64,000 nucleotides of DNA, taken from contig OZ024740.1 in the NCBI GenBank assembly GCA_964016885.1, positions 338,334,001 to 338,398,000 of the forward strand. Reading direction: 5' to 3'. Of the stretch, positions 1 to 13,659 are shown in pieces. The position numbers were made by a program, and so were the translations under genes. Below the pieces are notes generated by a model. That model ran no database searches, was not told where the DNA came from, and was given only the letters and a program-made list of their open reading frames with translations. This DNA comes from Eledone cirrhosa. Lineage: Eukaryota. The stretch's first letter is position 1, and every line of letters starts with the position of its first letter.

Positions 1-639
1 GTCGGCTTATTCAAATCTTTGTGATTGTTTAACGAAAACTGATTGAAATTGAATTAAAAATCTGTTCACAAAAACTTAAAATATCTTCACTAAGAGAATG
101 AGGGGAAAAAATAAATAAGAAATAAAAAAAAATTCTGGTAAAAAAAACCCTGTTTGATATAAGAAGAAAAAAAAAAACGAAAAGAAAAAATACAGGAACA
201 ATTCTTAGAAATCAATTAAGTTGAAGCAAAATCAAACTCAAATAATTTGAATGAAAAAAAGTCTATAAAGTTAATTAAAAAGTTAATCCAAAAATCAATA
301 GCTAATCTTATGTTTCTCCTGTCTTTTATGATTGCTTTTTTTTGTTTGTTGTGGGTGGTGGTAAAAGAAGCAATGAAACATTGGGTACTCCCACCTCTAT
401 TTCCCTCATTGCCAAACACCCACATTATACAGACTAAAGAATCAGTTGTAATTTCAGCTTATTTCATCACATGTCACATGTGTGTTGGTTTCAAAAAACG
501 ACCTCACCTTTCTTTGTACTCCAATGTCTCTTCAGCAGTCTAGTTTATTTCTCTGTCTCTGCCTATCTTTCTCACTGTCACACTCTTTCTCTCAGCTATT
601 CTCTCTTTCAGTCTATATAGCAATAAATACCAACAATAA

Positions 640-2025
640 TATTGAGTTCTAATTTATTCAAGCAATTTCAGAGGAATAGGAAAGAACCCCAGCATATTAC
701 TGGTACTACATTTTATCGATCCTGGGAGGCAAAGTTGACCTTGGTGGAATTTGAACTCAGAATGTAAAGAGGCAGAACAAAAACCTCAAGATATACTCTT
801 TCTTTTTTTCTTTCTTGTCCCTATATTTCTTCTCCTAGGTTTAATAAACTTAATCTTAATAAATCTTAATAAATAATAATATAACAACTGAGATGAATTC
901 AAAAACATTTCAAAAAGTAAAAAGTGAAGTAAATATAAATAAATAAATGAATAAGTAAATAAGTATTTATGTTCTCACTCCCTCCGTCTCTCTCACTCTC
1001 CCCATCTCTCACTATTACAAGCAAATGGATGCCCACATACTGGCCTCCCTGCAGCCCCATCGAACAGAATAGAGAAGGTATTTCCCCACGGGATGGTGAA
1101 GGAGACATGTTGGAAGAGCCATTCCTGCTTGAAAGGCTCACACCTGGAGGTAGTCAACTTTGTGTCGATGGTGGTGAGTAGGGTGGGGGTCCTAGGGCCA
1201 AGGACACCATACGTCTCCACTGCTACAGGCTCTACTGCAAACCTATTGGAGAGCAACCGATATTTGGAGAGTTTACCCTCCTCGGGCCAAAGTGCAACAG
1301 AGCCTGGTTTAGTCACAGACTGCACCAGGTTGCCATTGGGGAACATATAATATCCAATACTCCAACACCTTTGCCAATTCATAATAACGATTTTTAATTT
1401 AGGCACAGGGCCAGCAATTTGGGGGGAGAGGAAAGTCAATTATATGAATGCCAGTACTTTACGGTAGTTTGTTTCATTGACCCCAGAAGGATGATAAACA
1501 AAGTTGACCTCAGCAGGATTTGAAACCAAAATGTATGGGCTGGAATGAAATATTACAATGCATTTCTTCTAATACACCAAGGATTTTGCCAACTCATTAC
1601 CCTAATAATTCTTTCTAAAATAGGCACAAGACCAGAATTGAACCCTTTAGCAATTATACCGGCTATATATGGCTAGAATTCTCTCATCTTTTTCTCTTCA
1701 AACTGGCTCTATCCGACCACTCATACTTATATTAAGGTATTGTTCTCAAAATAAATAATATCAAAATCTCATAGATCGATATTATGTGAGATAATTATGA
1801 GGTAAAACCATTACCATGAAAATATAATAGTATATATGGAGTAATGTAAATGCTAAAGGATTAAGGGAAGGGGAATGCCGATAATATTAACTCCAGGACT
1901 TAATTACTCTATTTTATGGACCTCAGAATGATGAAAGGCAAAGTTGGCATTGGCGGGATTTGAACTCAGAACGAACACCACCAAGCATTTGTTACAACAT
2001 CCTATCAGCATTACCAATCCTCCAT
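640..2025 (-). mobile_element. Three decayed copies of the abundant tRNA-derived SINE (about 640-800, 1385-1605, 1850-2025)
   Basis: Each has variants of the core gacccc-n-aaggatgaaaggcaaagttgacc-n-ggatttgaactcag shared with intact copies at 12918 and 37457; further decayed copies near 6545, 16540, 17440 and 36140. Confidence 0.8.
1015..1345 (-). mobile_element. CRE-like non-LTR retrotransposon fragment (C-terminal restriction-like endonuclease)
   Basis: Minus ORF reads KLSKYRLLSNRFAVEPVAVETYGVLGP...WLFQHVSFTIPWGNTFSIL, matching the K..KY...PVAVET.G..G...LFQR.S..IQRGN pattern of CRE-clade REL domains. Confidence 0.75.
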
Positions 2026-2597
2026 TTTAATAACAGCAACAATAATAGTAGTAATTCCCCTTCTAGTGACGTGTACAGTACAAAAGTAGGAGGCAGCAAT
2101 GTTGAATATAAGAAAGTTTTTATTTTATTCAATTGTAATCAATTTATAGAAAGACAAAAATGTGTAAATAACGACTATAGTGAGAACCAATTAACACATG
2201 CAGTGAAGAAACAGTTACTAAAGAGGTGCATTATAACTGCACACTCATATGTCATGTATTATATTCTGTCAACAAAAGAATCTGATGCTTTTTCATTATA
2301 TATGTGTATGTGTGCATATATGTGTCTATAAGTGTGGGTGTATTTTAGTCTGAAAATATATGTTAGTGTGTATTTGTTTATAGGTGTATATATGTTAGTA
2401 TGTGTGTATGTCTCTGTATCTCTCTTTCTCTCTCTATACATATGTGTGCATGTATATATATAAATATGTGTATATGTGTAAATATATGTATGCATATATA
2501 TGTATATATATCTATGCTATAGCATGGAAAATAGACGTTAAATGGTGATGATGATATGTATATATCTATGTGTATATATATATATAAATTATATATA

Positions 2598-4676
2598 TAT
2601 AGCTGCCGAGATGCTGAAAGCATCTGGGTCTGTAGGTCACACTATAACCACAATGAGGAGAATGCATGGGAAGAAGAGACCCTACCCCAAGTAGACCCTA
2701 TAGAGGGGCCAGCAGTAGAAGTCAGAAGCAGCGTAGTAAGTAAGGCAATCAAAGATATGAAGATGGGGAAGGCAACCAGTGCATCGGGTATAGCTGCCGA
2801 GATGCTGAAGGCATCTGGGTCTGTAGGTCACACTATAACCACACGTATTGTTAACCAGGTAATACTAGAAGGTATCATACCAAAAGATTGGTGCAGAAGC
2901 ATCATTGTCAACTGCTACAAAAGTGAAGGTGATGCACCAGATAGAGGAAATTATAGAGGTATAAAGCTGATGGACCAGGTCATGAAAGTAACAGAAAGAG
3001 TTATAGCACAGTTGATTAGGGACCGGGTGAAACTAGATGAGATGCAATTTGGGTTTGTACCAGGAAGAGGCATCACTGATGCCCTCTTCCTTGTGAGGCA
3101 GTTACAGGAAAAGTACCTAGCTAAAAGTAAGCCACTCTACCTGGCATTCGTCGATCTCGAGAAAGCCTTTGACAGAGTTCCCCATGCTATAATCTGGTGG
3201 GCTCTTAGAAAACTAGGAGTAGATGAATGGCTTGTGAAAGCTGTACAAGCCATGTATAGGGGAGCAGTCAGCAAAGTTAGGATTAGCAATGAGTATAGCG
3301 AGGAATTTAGCGTACAGGTTGGTGTCCACCAGGGCTCTGTTCTTAGCCCTCTCCTGTTCATCATAGTCCTGCAGGCAATAACGGAGGAGTTTAAGACCGG
3401 ATGCTCATGGGAACTCCTGTATGCAGATGACCTCGCACTTATAGCTGAATCTATGGTAGAACTAGAGAATAAATTCCAAACTTGGAATCAGGGACTAGAA
3501 AGAAAGGGTCTCAAAGTCAACCTGACAAAGACTAAAGTCCTTGTAAGTAGACTAGAAAACAGAACCCAGATCCCCTCAGGAAACATGGCCTTGCTCAGTA
3601 TGTAGGAAAGGTGTAGATAGGAACTCCATTATCTGCCCCAAATGCAAACAATGGGTACACAAGAGATGTAGCGGGATCTCAGAAAGCTTAATTAAGAATG
3701 TAGGCTTCACATGTAGCAGCTGTGCTGGGACAGCAAACAGCCACAAGAAACAAGTACCACCAATCTGTAGGAGGGCTCTGTAGAAACAGTAGACAGCTTC
3801 TGATACCTAGGTGACCGAATTAGCAGTGGAGGTGGGTGTTCAGAAAGTACAATAACTAGGGTAAGAACGGGATGGAAGAAGTTCAGGGAACTACTGCCAC
3901 TGCTAGCTGCAAAAGGCTTCTCCCTCAAAATGAAAGGCAGACTGTATGATGCGTGTATCCGAACAGCAATGTTACATGGTAGTGAGACCTGGGTGCTGAA
4001 GGTGGAAGACTTACGTAGATTAGAAAGAAACGAAGCCTGCATGCTCCGATGGATGTGTAACAGTAATATACGCAAACGGCAAAGCATAAATGAATTGAGA
4101 GAGAGACTCAGCATAAGAGGAGGAATCAAATGTTGTGTGCAGGAGAGGTGGTTGCGTTGGTATGGACATGTGATGCGTATGAAGGATGACAGCTGCATAA
4201 AAAGGTGCAGAACACTAGAAGTCAATGGAAACCGCAGAGTGGGGAGACCCAAGAAGACCTGGGATGAGGTGATAAAAGCCGACCTTACCCAATTACACCT
4301 CTCAAAGGCGATGACACACCACCGTGACCTTTGGCATCACGCAGTAATACAGAGTACCCGACCTCCCATGGGTACAAGCTGAAGCATATGGACAATATGC
4401 CCCCACACCCTCTCACTGCAAAGTGGTCATGGAGGTGCCATGGCAAAAAAGCACCCAGCCCACACTGTAAAGTGGACGCGTAGGCACCACGGAAAAAAGA
4501 ACCCAGCACTCACTGTAAATGAGGTTGGTGTTAGGAAGGGCATCCAGCTGTAGAAATCAAGCCAAAATCAGTTCCTGTATGAGCAAGGCATGGTCAGCTG
4601 TCCAGACACTGCCCACAACAGGATAACCCGTCTAACCCATGCTAGCGTGGAAGAATGGACGTAAAACGGTGATGAT
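2598..4676 (+). mobile_element. 5'-truncated RTE-clade LINE (RT, PHD insert, C-terminus, 3' UTR, tga tail)
   Basis: [31 protein letters not shown] and YADD motifs; frameshift near 3586 and stop at 3802; 3' UTR ends aacccatgctagcgtggaagaatggacgtaaaacggtgatgat; flanked by (TA)n. Confidence 0.95.
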
Positions 4677-4704
4677 ATATATATATATATATAAAAATAC
4701 ATTT

Positions 4705-5012
4705 ACTTTTTTATGGCCCTTATCGGTCACTAATGACCATGGTTTTGCACCTAGAAAGTTTCCCTCTGAAGTACAAGCCTGGGCAAGGTTTGTTTATGGA
4801 AGACTAGCAGTCACCAATGCATACCAATCTCCCCTCTCCATGCCACCAATGTTGTCCAAGGGAAAGGTAAATGCCGATACAGCTTGGCTCCAGTGACATC
4901 ACAAGTCATTGCTACAGCTGAGTGAACTGGAACAATGTGAAATAAAGTGTTTTGCTCAAGGATTGAACTCACAACCTCTCAATTATAGGCCCAATGCTCT
5001 AACCACTATGCC

Positions 5013-5015
<3 letters not shown>
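4705..5015 (-). mobile_element. Second SINE family, decayed
   Basis: Shares gtgaaataaagtgt-ttgctcaagga and the tRNA-like head remnant with the copy at 53495-53710. Confidence 0.65.
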
Positions 5016-5086
<71 letters not shown>

Positions 5087-5354
5087 ATAATAATAAATTT
5101 GAAGACTAAAATCCAAAGAGGGCTCGATAAGGATAAATATATATCAAATCTATAAGAACCGCTACCTGGATATATATATATATATTGTTTGTTGGTGTTC
5201 ATCAGTTCTTTATTGTTTCTCAGTTGGATGCATTTATCAACTAACTCTTGTGTACACAGAATTTAACATTCAATGAAGTATACTTTTCAGATTGTGATAT
5301 AATCACTCAGGTTTATGTACAGCAGAGATTTGGTACAGTAATGAAGAATAAGGC

Positions 5355-5660
5355 AGTGGGTTGGAATCTCACATCATTTTGTTAATTATATCATTGCTGT
5401 TGTACCCATTTTGTTGGTAACAATTATGCAATAGATACAACCTCATCAGACAGCTCTTATGTAATTTTTTTTATTTATACTCAAATATGCTCTGGGGGAA
5501 TAATTTGATGTTGCTCTTTCAGCACTCAATTGACATATGTCATATCACAGTATAAATAAAAAAAGCTACACAATAGCTGTCTGATGATTGTATCAATTAA
5601 GCAAACAGATACCATCGAAATGTGTCTAACATCAATGATGTAATTAAAATGTAAGATTCG
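5355..5660. repeat. Old fold-back element with relic hammerhead in both arms
   Basis: Right arm gctgt CTGATGA ttgtatc..gataccatc GAAA tgt gtc; left arm is a diverged reverse complement (gatacaacctcatcagacagct near 5435-5456). Confidence 0.55.
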
Positions 5661-7609
5661 AATATACTGCCTCATTCTTCATTACACATACTGCCTCATT
5701 CTTCATATGCACACATATATATATATGTATATGTATGTGTGTCCATTTGCATATGTTTGCATGTATATGTATGTTTGCATATTTGTGTACATATATGGAT
5801 CCATCATCGTTTTATGCCCATGTATATAAGTACATATATATGCCTGTATGTGGTTGTAATTGTGTTTGTGTGTGTGTATGTATGTATATGTATGTATTTA
5901 TGTATGCATATGCATTTATAGTATATGTTCATGCATGAATGTAAATATGTGCATATATGTATGCATGTATATATATGTATAAATGAATATATATATATAT
6001 TTGTATATCTATTTGTGTGTATGTGTGTGTGTGTTTTAGTGAGTCATTTTAATGTGCTAATTAAATTGGAATTTTTCTATTCAACCACTTTATTGCATTT
6101 TATGTTATCCCTGCTCCACTAAACATGCATTTAGAATACGTTAGAGGCGGCTGGAACCACTAAACAGTCCTCCTATTTGCTAAATATAGCAACTAAATCT
6201 TCCTGAAATTACATTGTAGCATCTGAAAAAATGCAAAGTGCACATTGGTTAATATATTTCAGAGTACACAATGCTAGAAAAAAATAAAAGATTGTTTTTA
6301 ATCAGAGATCTACTGGATCAAGCTTGATCTGGGGGTAAACTGCTACAAAAATATATACATGTAAACAAATGTACACATATTCTTCCTTGGGACTTCAACT
6401 CTTGAGAGAGTCATGGGGGCACCATCATTACATACTGTGTGTCTTAGGCTTATTTTAAAACCTGATGGAATCCATCTCTTTCCATGTTTAAACATTGCTG
6501 ATTTCTTCCAGAAAAAAGGGAAAGAGAGAGAGAATGCCTGTGTTGGACTGGCACTTTATTCATTGACCTTCAAAAGATGAAAGGCATAGTTGTTCTTTGC
6601 TGGATTTGAACTTAAAGCACAGAAAGCTAGAACAAATACAGTGATGCATTCTATCTGGCATTTTAATGACTTTGCTAACCTACAACTTTGACATACACAT
6701 ATACATGCACATCATTACTCAATACATGGACTAGAATGGACCTCAGCTGGTTTCTACAATGAGTGTTCCTGTTATTCAATCAATGGTTCAGTCGACTCAT
6801 GAAATTAGTGCACTGAGCATTCCACAGACACATGTACACATAAAGAACCCACAAAGAGATTCTGCATAACAGTTTGTGACAAAGCTGGCCCTTTGAATTA
6901 CAGGGACAGTCCATTCTATGGGCTCTTAAACTGTAACTCTCTACCCAATTCCACTCACAAGGTCTGGGTTAACCTGACACTATGGTAAATGATGTACAAG
7001 ATGCCACACAGTGGGTTTGAACATGGCCAAAGTGAACTTCAGAACATTTGGCCATGCTGCACCCACTCACAACACATGCATGAATAAATACATACACTAC
7101 ACATAACCAAGGTTAGTCAAGTTTGACCATGTATCTGCACCTGGAAAGTTCTCCACCAGGGCACAGTCAAAAGGCAGGTGGTTTTATGAAAGATCAACAC
7201 ATTCACATGATGTCTCTCTTCTCTATGATATTAACATTGTCTTAAGGCTTTGCAGGTGCTGATATAACTTGGCATTCTGAGTTCAAACCCCATTGTAGTG
7301 TACTTGTGAGATAGATTTGATCCATTTCCTAGTTTAACTTCCTTTAGCAGAGTCCATTCTGTTGCAAGCAGGCTTTTAGTTTGAAGATACTTTCCTTCTT
7401 CACACCAGCTACAGAGGCATAGCAAAAGGATCATGGTGGGCATGTACATGAGTATGCATGTAAGTGTATTTGAAATTATTTGTGTGCATGTGGGAGCATA
7501 AGTGTAACTGAGTATGTTGATGTATGTATATATACACATATAAAAAATGTATATGTGTATGTGTTCATGATTAAGCATGTATGTATATATGTATGTATGT
7601 TTGGTAAAC

Positions 7610-7900
7610 ATCATCTTGGTTAAGAGAGTGGGACTGGCTTTGTGCAGTGCCTTTGCTCACTATAAAAGCTTCACGGCACAGGCAATGCTTTATATCTGGA
7701 GATCTCTCTGCACTTGTCGTCACATGGTACCAGGGGCCCAGCACTATGTGTCAATAATTGTCACAAGTGTAGTGTTTGTACCGGAGTTTTCAAGTCGCTG
7801 GCTGGACTAAAAAGTCACACTCGTTCAGCGCATCGGTAGGGGTTCTCTTACATGGGTATAAAGTAGTGGCCGTACTCGAAAATGAGTTGGCAGCCACCAT
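7610..7900 (+). mobile_element. 3' end of an RTE (BovB-like) LINE with terminal C2H2 finger
   Basis: Encodes CSVCTGVFKSLAGLKSHTRSAHR-stop; very similar inverted copy at 61062-61350. Confidence 0.7.
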
Positions 7901-8424
7901 GTACATATGTATGTATGTGCAAGTATAACTAAACAACAAAAAAATATTGATCTTTCTTTTGACAATAGAACATATATTGATTTTATGTCTCATATGAGAA
8001 CATTCTAAAAGCATTTTGCACCAATGGTTGGAGCTTGCAGGTCTTATGCCACCTCCACTCAGGAAAATTCAATTCATTTGTCTCTCCTCTCATCAGCCAT
8101 GTTGTGCCTCCTCTCCTATACTTGCATTAATGACTACACTGAATCTTTCCTGTCCAGAATGTCAGCCCTCTGGAATGTCTGCCTTGCTCATGTCTTTCCA
8201 AAAGGAATTGATTTGAAATAGTTTAAGTGGAACATTAACAGCATCAATCCTTCTTGTCTCAGAAACCCTGTGAAGGCTATGGAAATTGCCTCTTCCTCCA
8301 GACATACCAAAGTAAAAAAAAATAATAAAAGACTGAAATTTAAGTTGAAAGACCATCAGAAAGACTATAAGATTGATTAACCATTCAACATCAGAGAGAG
8401 AGACTAAGTAAGGCCATATAATAA

Positions 8425-8607
8425 ATACAGTTTCTACTTTGGGCACATGGCCAGTGATTACCCCAGTGCATTACTGGTATTTTATTTTATCAACCCCGTA
8501 AGGATGAAAGGCAAAGTAAACCTTGGCGGATTTGAACTCAGAACGCAAAGGGCCATAACTCTATGCTGCAAAGTATGGTGTCTGGCGCTCTACCGATATT
8601 GCCAATA
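8425..8607 (-). mobile_element. tRNA-derived SINE
   Basis: Matches the family consensus from tail to head. Confidence 0.85.
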
Positions 8608-8679
8608 GGTTATTACATTAGATTTGCTATAGATTAGTACTAAAATTATGGGGAATACAAGTCAAGTAATATTTTGGTT

Positions 8680-9200
8680 CATAAACTTTAGAACAAGTTT
8701 ATTCAATTTGATTGAAGATTATTACTCCTCTGTTTTCCCCAGTTCTACTCAATAAAACACTATCGTTTGCTATAAGAGCCCCCAACTTAATTAGGGAAGA
8801 AGCTAGACTCATTTCCATTGTGTGGAGGTACATCATTGAATTTGATGGAAGTTATTGGACATAAATTTGACATCACCATGGGATTGAGTAACATGGTTCA
8901 AGAAACAGAATTAGTTGGGATTTATCTAATTTTTAAATTAAAAGAGGAGTTCCCTATATGATGGAATCTATAAAGACGATGCCCTACTGGTTGTTGAAAA
9001 CTTCACTGGTCCTCAAAATGAAAGGAGTAAAGTAATTTTTTTTATATTGTGGGGCTTAAAACTGTATTTTAGAAAAGCTAATGTTTTTTACATAATTCTA
9101 GAACTAGATTCACAACTATATAGGCCTTGTAAAATTAATAAAAACCTTACATACATTAACAAAGATTTTAACCACCCTAGATCTACTATAAACTCCATAA
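8680..9200 (+). pseudogene. Decayed Penelope-like reverse transcriptase
   Basis: Broken frames give FIQFD, LLNKTLSFA, FDITMG..ETELVGIYL, GIYKDDALL and LYRPCK..LTYINKDFNHP, typical PLE RT/thumb motifs. Confidence 0.7.
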
Positions 9201-9309
9201 AAAATTACATGTTCTATTATATAGAGTATGCTTGCATTTTAATGTAGATGTGTATGTGTGTACTTATTATCCTTTGTTGGTGTGTGTGGGTGTGAATGTA
9301 CCAGCATAT

Positions 9310-9745
9310 GATTACATTAAAGCTCTGCCGTCTGGCAACTGACTTGGTAGGTACCCAGAACATTATTAACCATCTTTCCAACAACAACCCTGAGCACATT
9401 TTAAAATTCCATGTGTCTAACACCCCTGGGCATGCTTACAAAATCAGAAAACAGTACAGCTCCCATGATTTTCAGAAACATTTTTTTTATGCTTAGAGTT
9501 GCTGAATCATGGAACAAACTACCGGCATTAGTTGTTAGCTGTTGGGACACTGCACCTTTCAAAACTTCCTTGATTCCCAAAATTCACCAACACTGCACCT
9601 GATATTTCCCCTCCATACATACACATGCATGTGTGTCTGTGTGTATATCACTTACCTGACATTTGTACATTATTCTATATACTATACATGCACGTTTGAT
9701 GTATTGTAGTGCACCTGAGCACTGTACACAATAATTTTCATTATT
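9310..9745 (+). mobile_element. CR1-like LINE 3' fragment
   Basis: RLATDLV..NTPGHAYKIRK..KHFF.LRVAESWNKLPALVV..FK resembles the CR1 ORF2 C-terminus. Confidence 0.7.
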
Positions 9746-10527
9746 CTGAGTTCCGAGGTTAACTTTGCCTTTCATCCTTATGGGGTTCATAAAATAAAGT
9801 ACTAGTAATGCACTGGGTAATTGCTGGCCTTGTGCCTAAAGTAGAAACAATTATTATTATTTCATTATTATTTTATTTCAACCCTTGATTTTACTATTAC
9901 AACATGATTAGTATTGTAAACCTACTAATCCTAATAATCGTTTCTACTTTTGGTACAAGGCCAGCAATCATCCCAGTGTATTACTGGTACTTTATTTTAT
10001 CGACCCCATAAGGATGAAAGGCAAAGTTAACCTCGGTGGGATTTGAACTCAGAATGGCCAGGGCCATAACTCTATGCTGCAACGTGTCTGATGCTCTCCC
10101 GATACTGCCAATCAACCACCCCTAATAATTGTTTCTATTTTTAGGCACAAGGCCAGCAATTACCCAGTACATTACTGGTACTTTATTTTATCGACCCCGT
10201 AAGGATGAAAGGCAAAGTTAACCTCGGCGGGATTTGAACTCAGATCATAAAGGGACGTAACTCTGTGCTTCAAAGCATGGTGTCCGACTCTCTACCGATA
10301 CTGCCAATACAATCCACCCCTAATAATATCATTGAGACAGCTGTCAAAATATTTGCAACTATGAAGTATACAAGCGGCTGAAAAGGAGTTCTTTCAAGGG
10401 GTCTTTGAAATAATTGTTTCTACTTTTGGCACAAGGCCAGCAATTACCCAATGCATTACTGGTACTTTATTCTATCGACCCCGGAAGGATGAAAGGCAAA
10501 GTTAACCTCAGCGGGATTTGAACTCAG
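9745..10527. mobile_element. SINE cluster: one + copy (9745-9860) and three - copies (9932-10120, 10123-10322, 10410-10527)
   Basis: Repeated ggcacaaggccagcaattacccagt..actggtactttattttatcgacccc..aaggatgaaaggcaaagttaacctc blocks. Confidence 0.9.
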
Positions 10528-10830
10528 TTACTTGATAGATTGCATAGCTCAAAGATCAGAGAGTTACTCCAGGTAGAGCTGTTACTTCTACGAATTGAGA
10601 GATCACAGCTTCGATACTTTAGGCATGTGGTTAGAATGTCTCAGGAAAGAACCACTGGACAGATTTTACAGGCAAAACCAGCCAGCCAGAGACCCACAGG
10701 TAGACCCTAAGCAAGATGGTTAGATAACACCTATGAGCTTGGCTGGTCTTACTTGGGGAGACAGTTGCTTCTGATAAGGTCCGCTGAAAGGAGTGTTTGA
10801 GAACTCGCCCCAACAACCCTCTCTGGAATA
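10528..10830 (+). mobile_element. RTE LINE C-terminal fragment
   Basis: LLDRLHSSKIRELLQVELLLLRIERSQLRYFRHVVRM; homologous to the minus-strand fragment at 45370-45930. Confidence 0.7.
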
Positions 10831-11590
10831 AGTGGGAGAAAAAGGAGAAAAAGAAGAACTATATGATAGCTTTTTTTAACCTTTCCATTATGTGTAAAAC
10901 ATTGTGGACTACTATTAAAACCAGTGATGCTATGGATGTAATGATTACTGATTGTGGTTAATGGTTAAGAATGATTGTAAACTCCCATTACACAGTTATT
11001 AAAACTTCAACAGTATTTCTCCTACTCTAACTACTATTAACTATGAGAAAACTTATTATCGGTGCAATAATTGGAAATTTGTCCTGTAAAACATTATCTA
11101 ACCTGCAAATATGGATATAGTCAACCTTTTGCATGGAGATGACCTAGAGGTCAAATTTTCTGATCAGTCCAAATGATTGGCACATCTCTTATCTATTGAA
11201 TTTGATCATAGATGGTGATGGGTCGAGAACAGACTTATATCTCAGGAATGAAGAGATGAACAAGTTAAATTAAGATAAGGAACTAACTATGCACTAGCTA
11301 ATAAAATCTTCCCAAATAACAAATACTCCTGAAATTATTGAAAAAACGTCATTGTTTTGTATTTGTTTTGCATGATTCTTGATGTGAAATCATGTGTTGA
11401 AACAGATGTTGTTATACTTTGGGAGGGTCATGCTGCCAATAAAAACACATGCATCAGTTGAGTTTTATTGTTAGTTGAATAACTAATCAATTCATTGGTT
11501 AATTTTGTAACTAGATAGTTGTTTAATTGTTAATTATCAAAGCTCTTTCGTCACACATCCTGTGACATTCCCAATGACTAATCTGGCTCC

Positions 11591-11798
11591 TCTGTGTTTC
11601 CTCTTTGTTCTGATCTTGTTCTATCTACTCCAAAAATAAAAGATGTCAGGCTTACATTTATGTCCCACACCACACCTTTTCTTCTTTATATACACTTATA
11701 TAAAGAAGAAAAGGTGTGGTGTGGGACATAAATGTAAGCCTGACATCTTTTATTTTTGGAGTAGATAGAACAAGATCAGAGCAAAGAGGAAACACAGA
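11591..11798. repeat. Near-perfect palindrome, 102-bp arms, 4-nt loop
   Basis: 11591-11692 is the reverse complement of 11697-11798; one mismatch seen. Confidence 0.95.
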
Positions 11799-12000
11799 AT
11801 ACACATACACACATGCACACCTACATATGTGATAATGACTATTTAGTAGAAAGATAGTGCAAGTGTAAGAATGGTTATAAAGATGGAAAGTTAATAGTGT
11901 AGTTATAGAAGTAAGAGAGAAAAGATCTAGAATACGATAATGTGATATATGCTTGAAATATTTTATAAACACACACACACACACACATACACACACATGC

Positions 12001-12050
<50 letters not shown>

Positions 12051-12091
12051 CTAACAAATAGTTTATTGCTCTACATGGCTGAATACAATAA

Positions 12092-12327
12092 ATGTAATCT
12101 GAGTTTTTTGAATATTAATAACAATATTCAATTCGTTTGCAATTATGCAAACAGCCTCTTTAAGCCAGATCAGTAGAATGAGTCCGTCATTCTTGCTCTT
12201 GTGTTGGCATGCCAACACAAAAGCAAGAATGACGGGGTCATTTTACTGATCTGGCTTAAAGAGGCTGGTTACATAATTGCAAACGAATCGAATATTATTA
12301 TTAATATTAAAAAAACTCAGATTACAT
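12092..12327. repeat. Spacer-less palindrome, 118-bp arms
   Basis: Centre gca|tgc at 12209/12210; a few mismatches between arms. Confidence 0.95.
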
Positions 12328-12356
12328 ATATATATATAAGAGTGGAAATGAGTAAA

Positions 12357-12447
<91 letters not shown>

Positions 12448-12917
12448 TGTAAAATTAGCAACAGGTAAACAGGTACAAGAAATCTCTGGGCCTTGATTGT
12501 TCTAATGGACATACACTGTTATAAATCCTACTGGCAGTACTGCTGGTCCATTTAGGAGGGTTACAGTGCTTGACAAAGTAATTATTGTCCTCGGAGTATT
12601 TTACACGATGAAAACAAAACAAGACATGCGTGAAATTACATGACAAGAACAAATGCATATAGAATTAAATGTACAACATTTAAGTCAAACAATATGTGAT
12701 GAAGGGGGTCAGTTAGACCTATTGAGATGAAAACAAACAGAAAGGGAGTGAAACAAAGAGAAGAAAATGATGGCTGGCAGCAACAGCCATAACCAAACAG
12801 TGTGAATGACACTGAGATGAAGGAATGAGACAATTATCACATGATGAGAGAGAAGATAGAGCTCTGGTAAATAATGTAACTTAACAAGAGAAGAGGAGGG
12901 GAGCTGTGTATTTAACA

Positions 12918-13112
12918 AATAATTGTTTCTACGTTAGGCACAAGGCCAGCAATTACCCAGTGCATTACTGGTACTTTATTTTATCGACCCCGTAAGGATG
13001 AAAAGCAAAGTTAACCTTGGCGGGATTTTGAACTCAGAATGGCAAGGGCCGTAACTCTATACGTCAAAGCATGACGTCCGACCCTCTACCTGTACTGACA
13101 ATCCAACGCCCA
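12918..13112 (-). mobile_element. Full-length tRNA-derived SINE with target-site duplication
   Basis: gagctgtgtatttaacaaataat at 12901-12923 and 13113-13135 flanks the copy; B box GAGTTCAAAATCC on the minus strand. Confidence 0.92.
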
Positions 13113-13620
13113 GAGCTGTGTATTTAACAAATAATATTGCAAAATTGGAATATGCACACATACACACATACATGCATACATACATATACATACATACAGC
13201 CCATTACATCATGGAAGCATGGAAAAATGGACAATGGATAAAAAATGTCTGTACATGTAATGTGTGTGTGTATGCACCTACACACATATTTAAATCTAGT
13301 TCATAATGTCGTGGCTGGTATATACCTGTATCATACTAACAGATTTGAATTTGGGTAGAAATTTTGGTAACCTCTGACAATAAAATGGTGCCGGAACAAA
13401 GTAATTTCCTCTCTTAAGCCACATAAAAGTATTCTTCTTTTTACTGTAGATTTAAGTATATTCTTAATGTATATATTCCTTTCACAAAAATATAGTTTTA
13501 ATATTTGATAAATAAATATTTTTGGTAGGAAGAGATTGCTTTTAAATTGAATAAATAAACATAAAGGGTTTTTGATGAAAGTTTTCATTTGTAGTGAATT
13601 TCTTATAGATAATTGCATAT

Positions 13621-13659
<39 letters not shown>

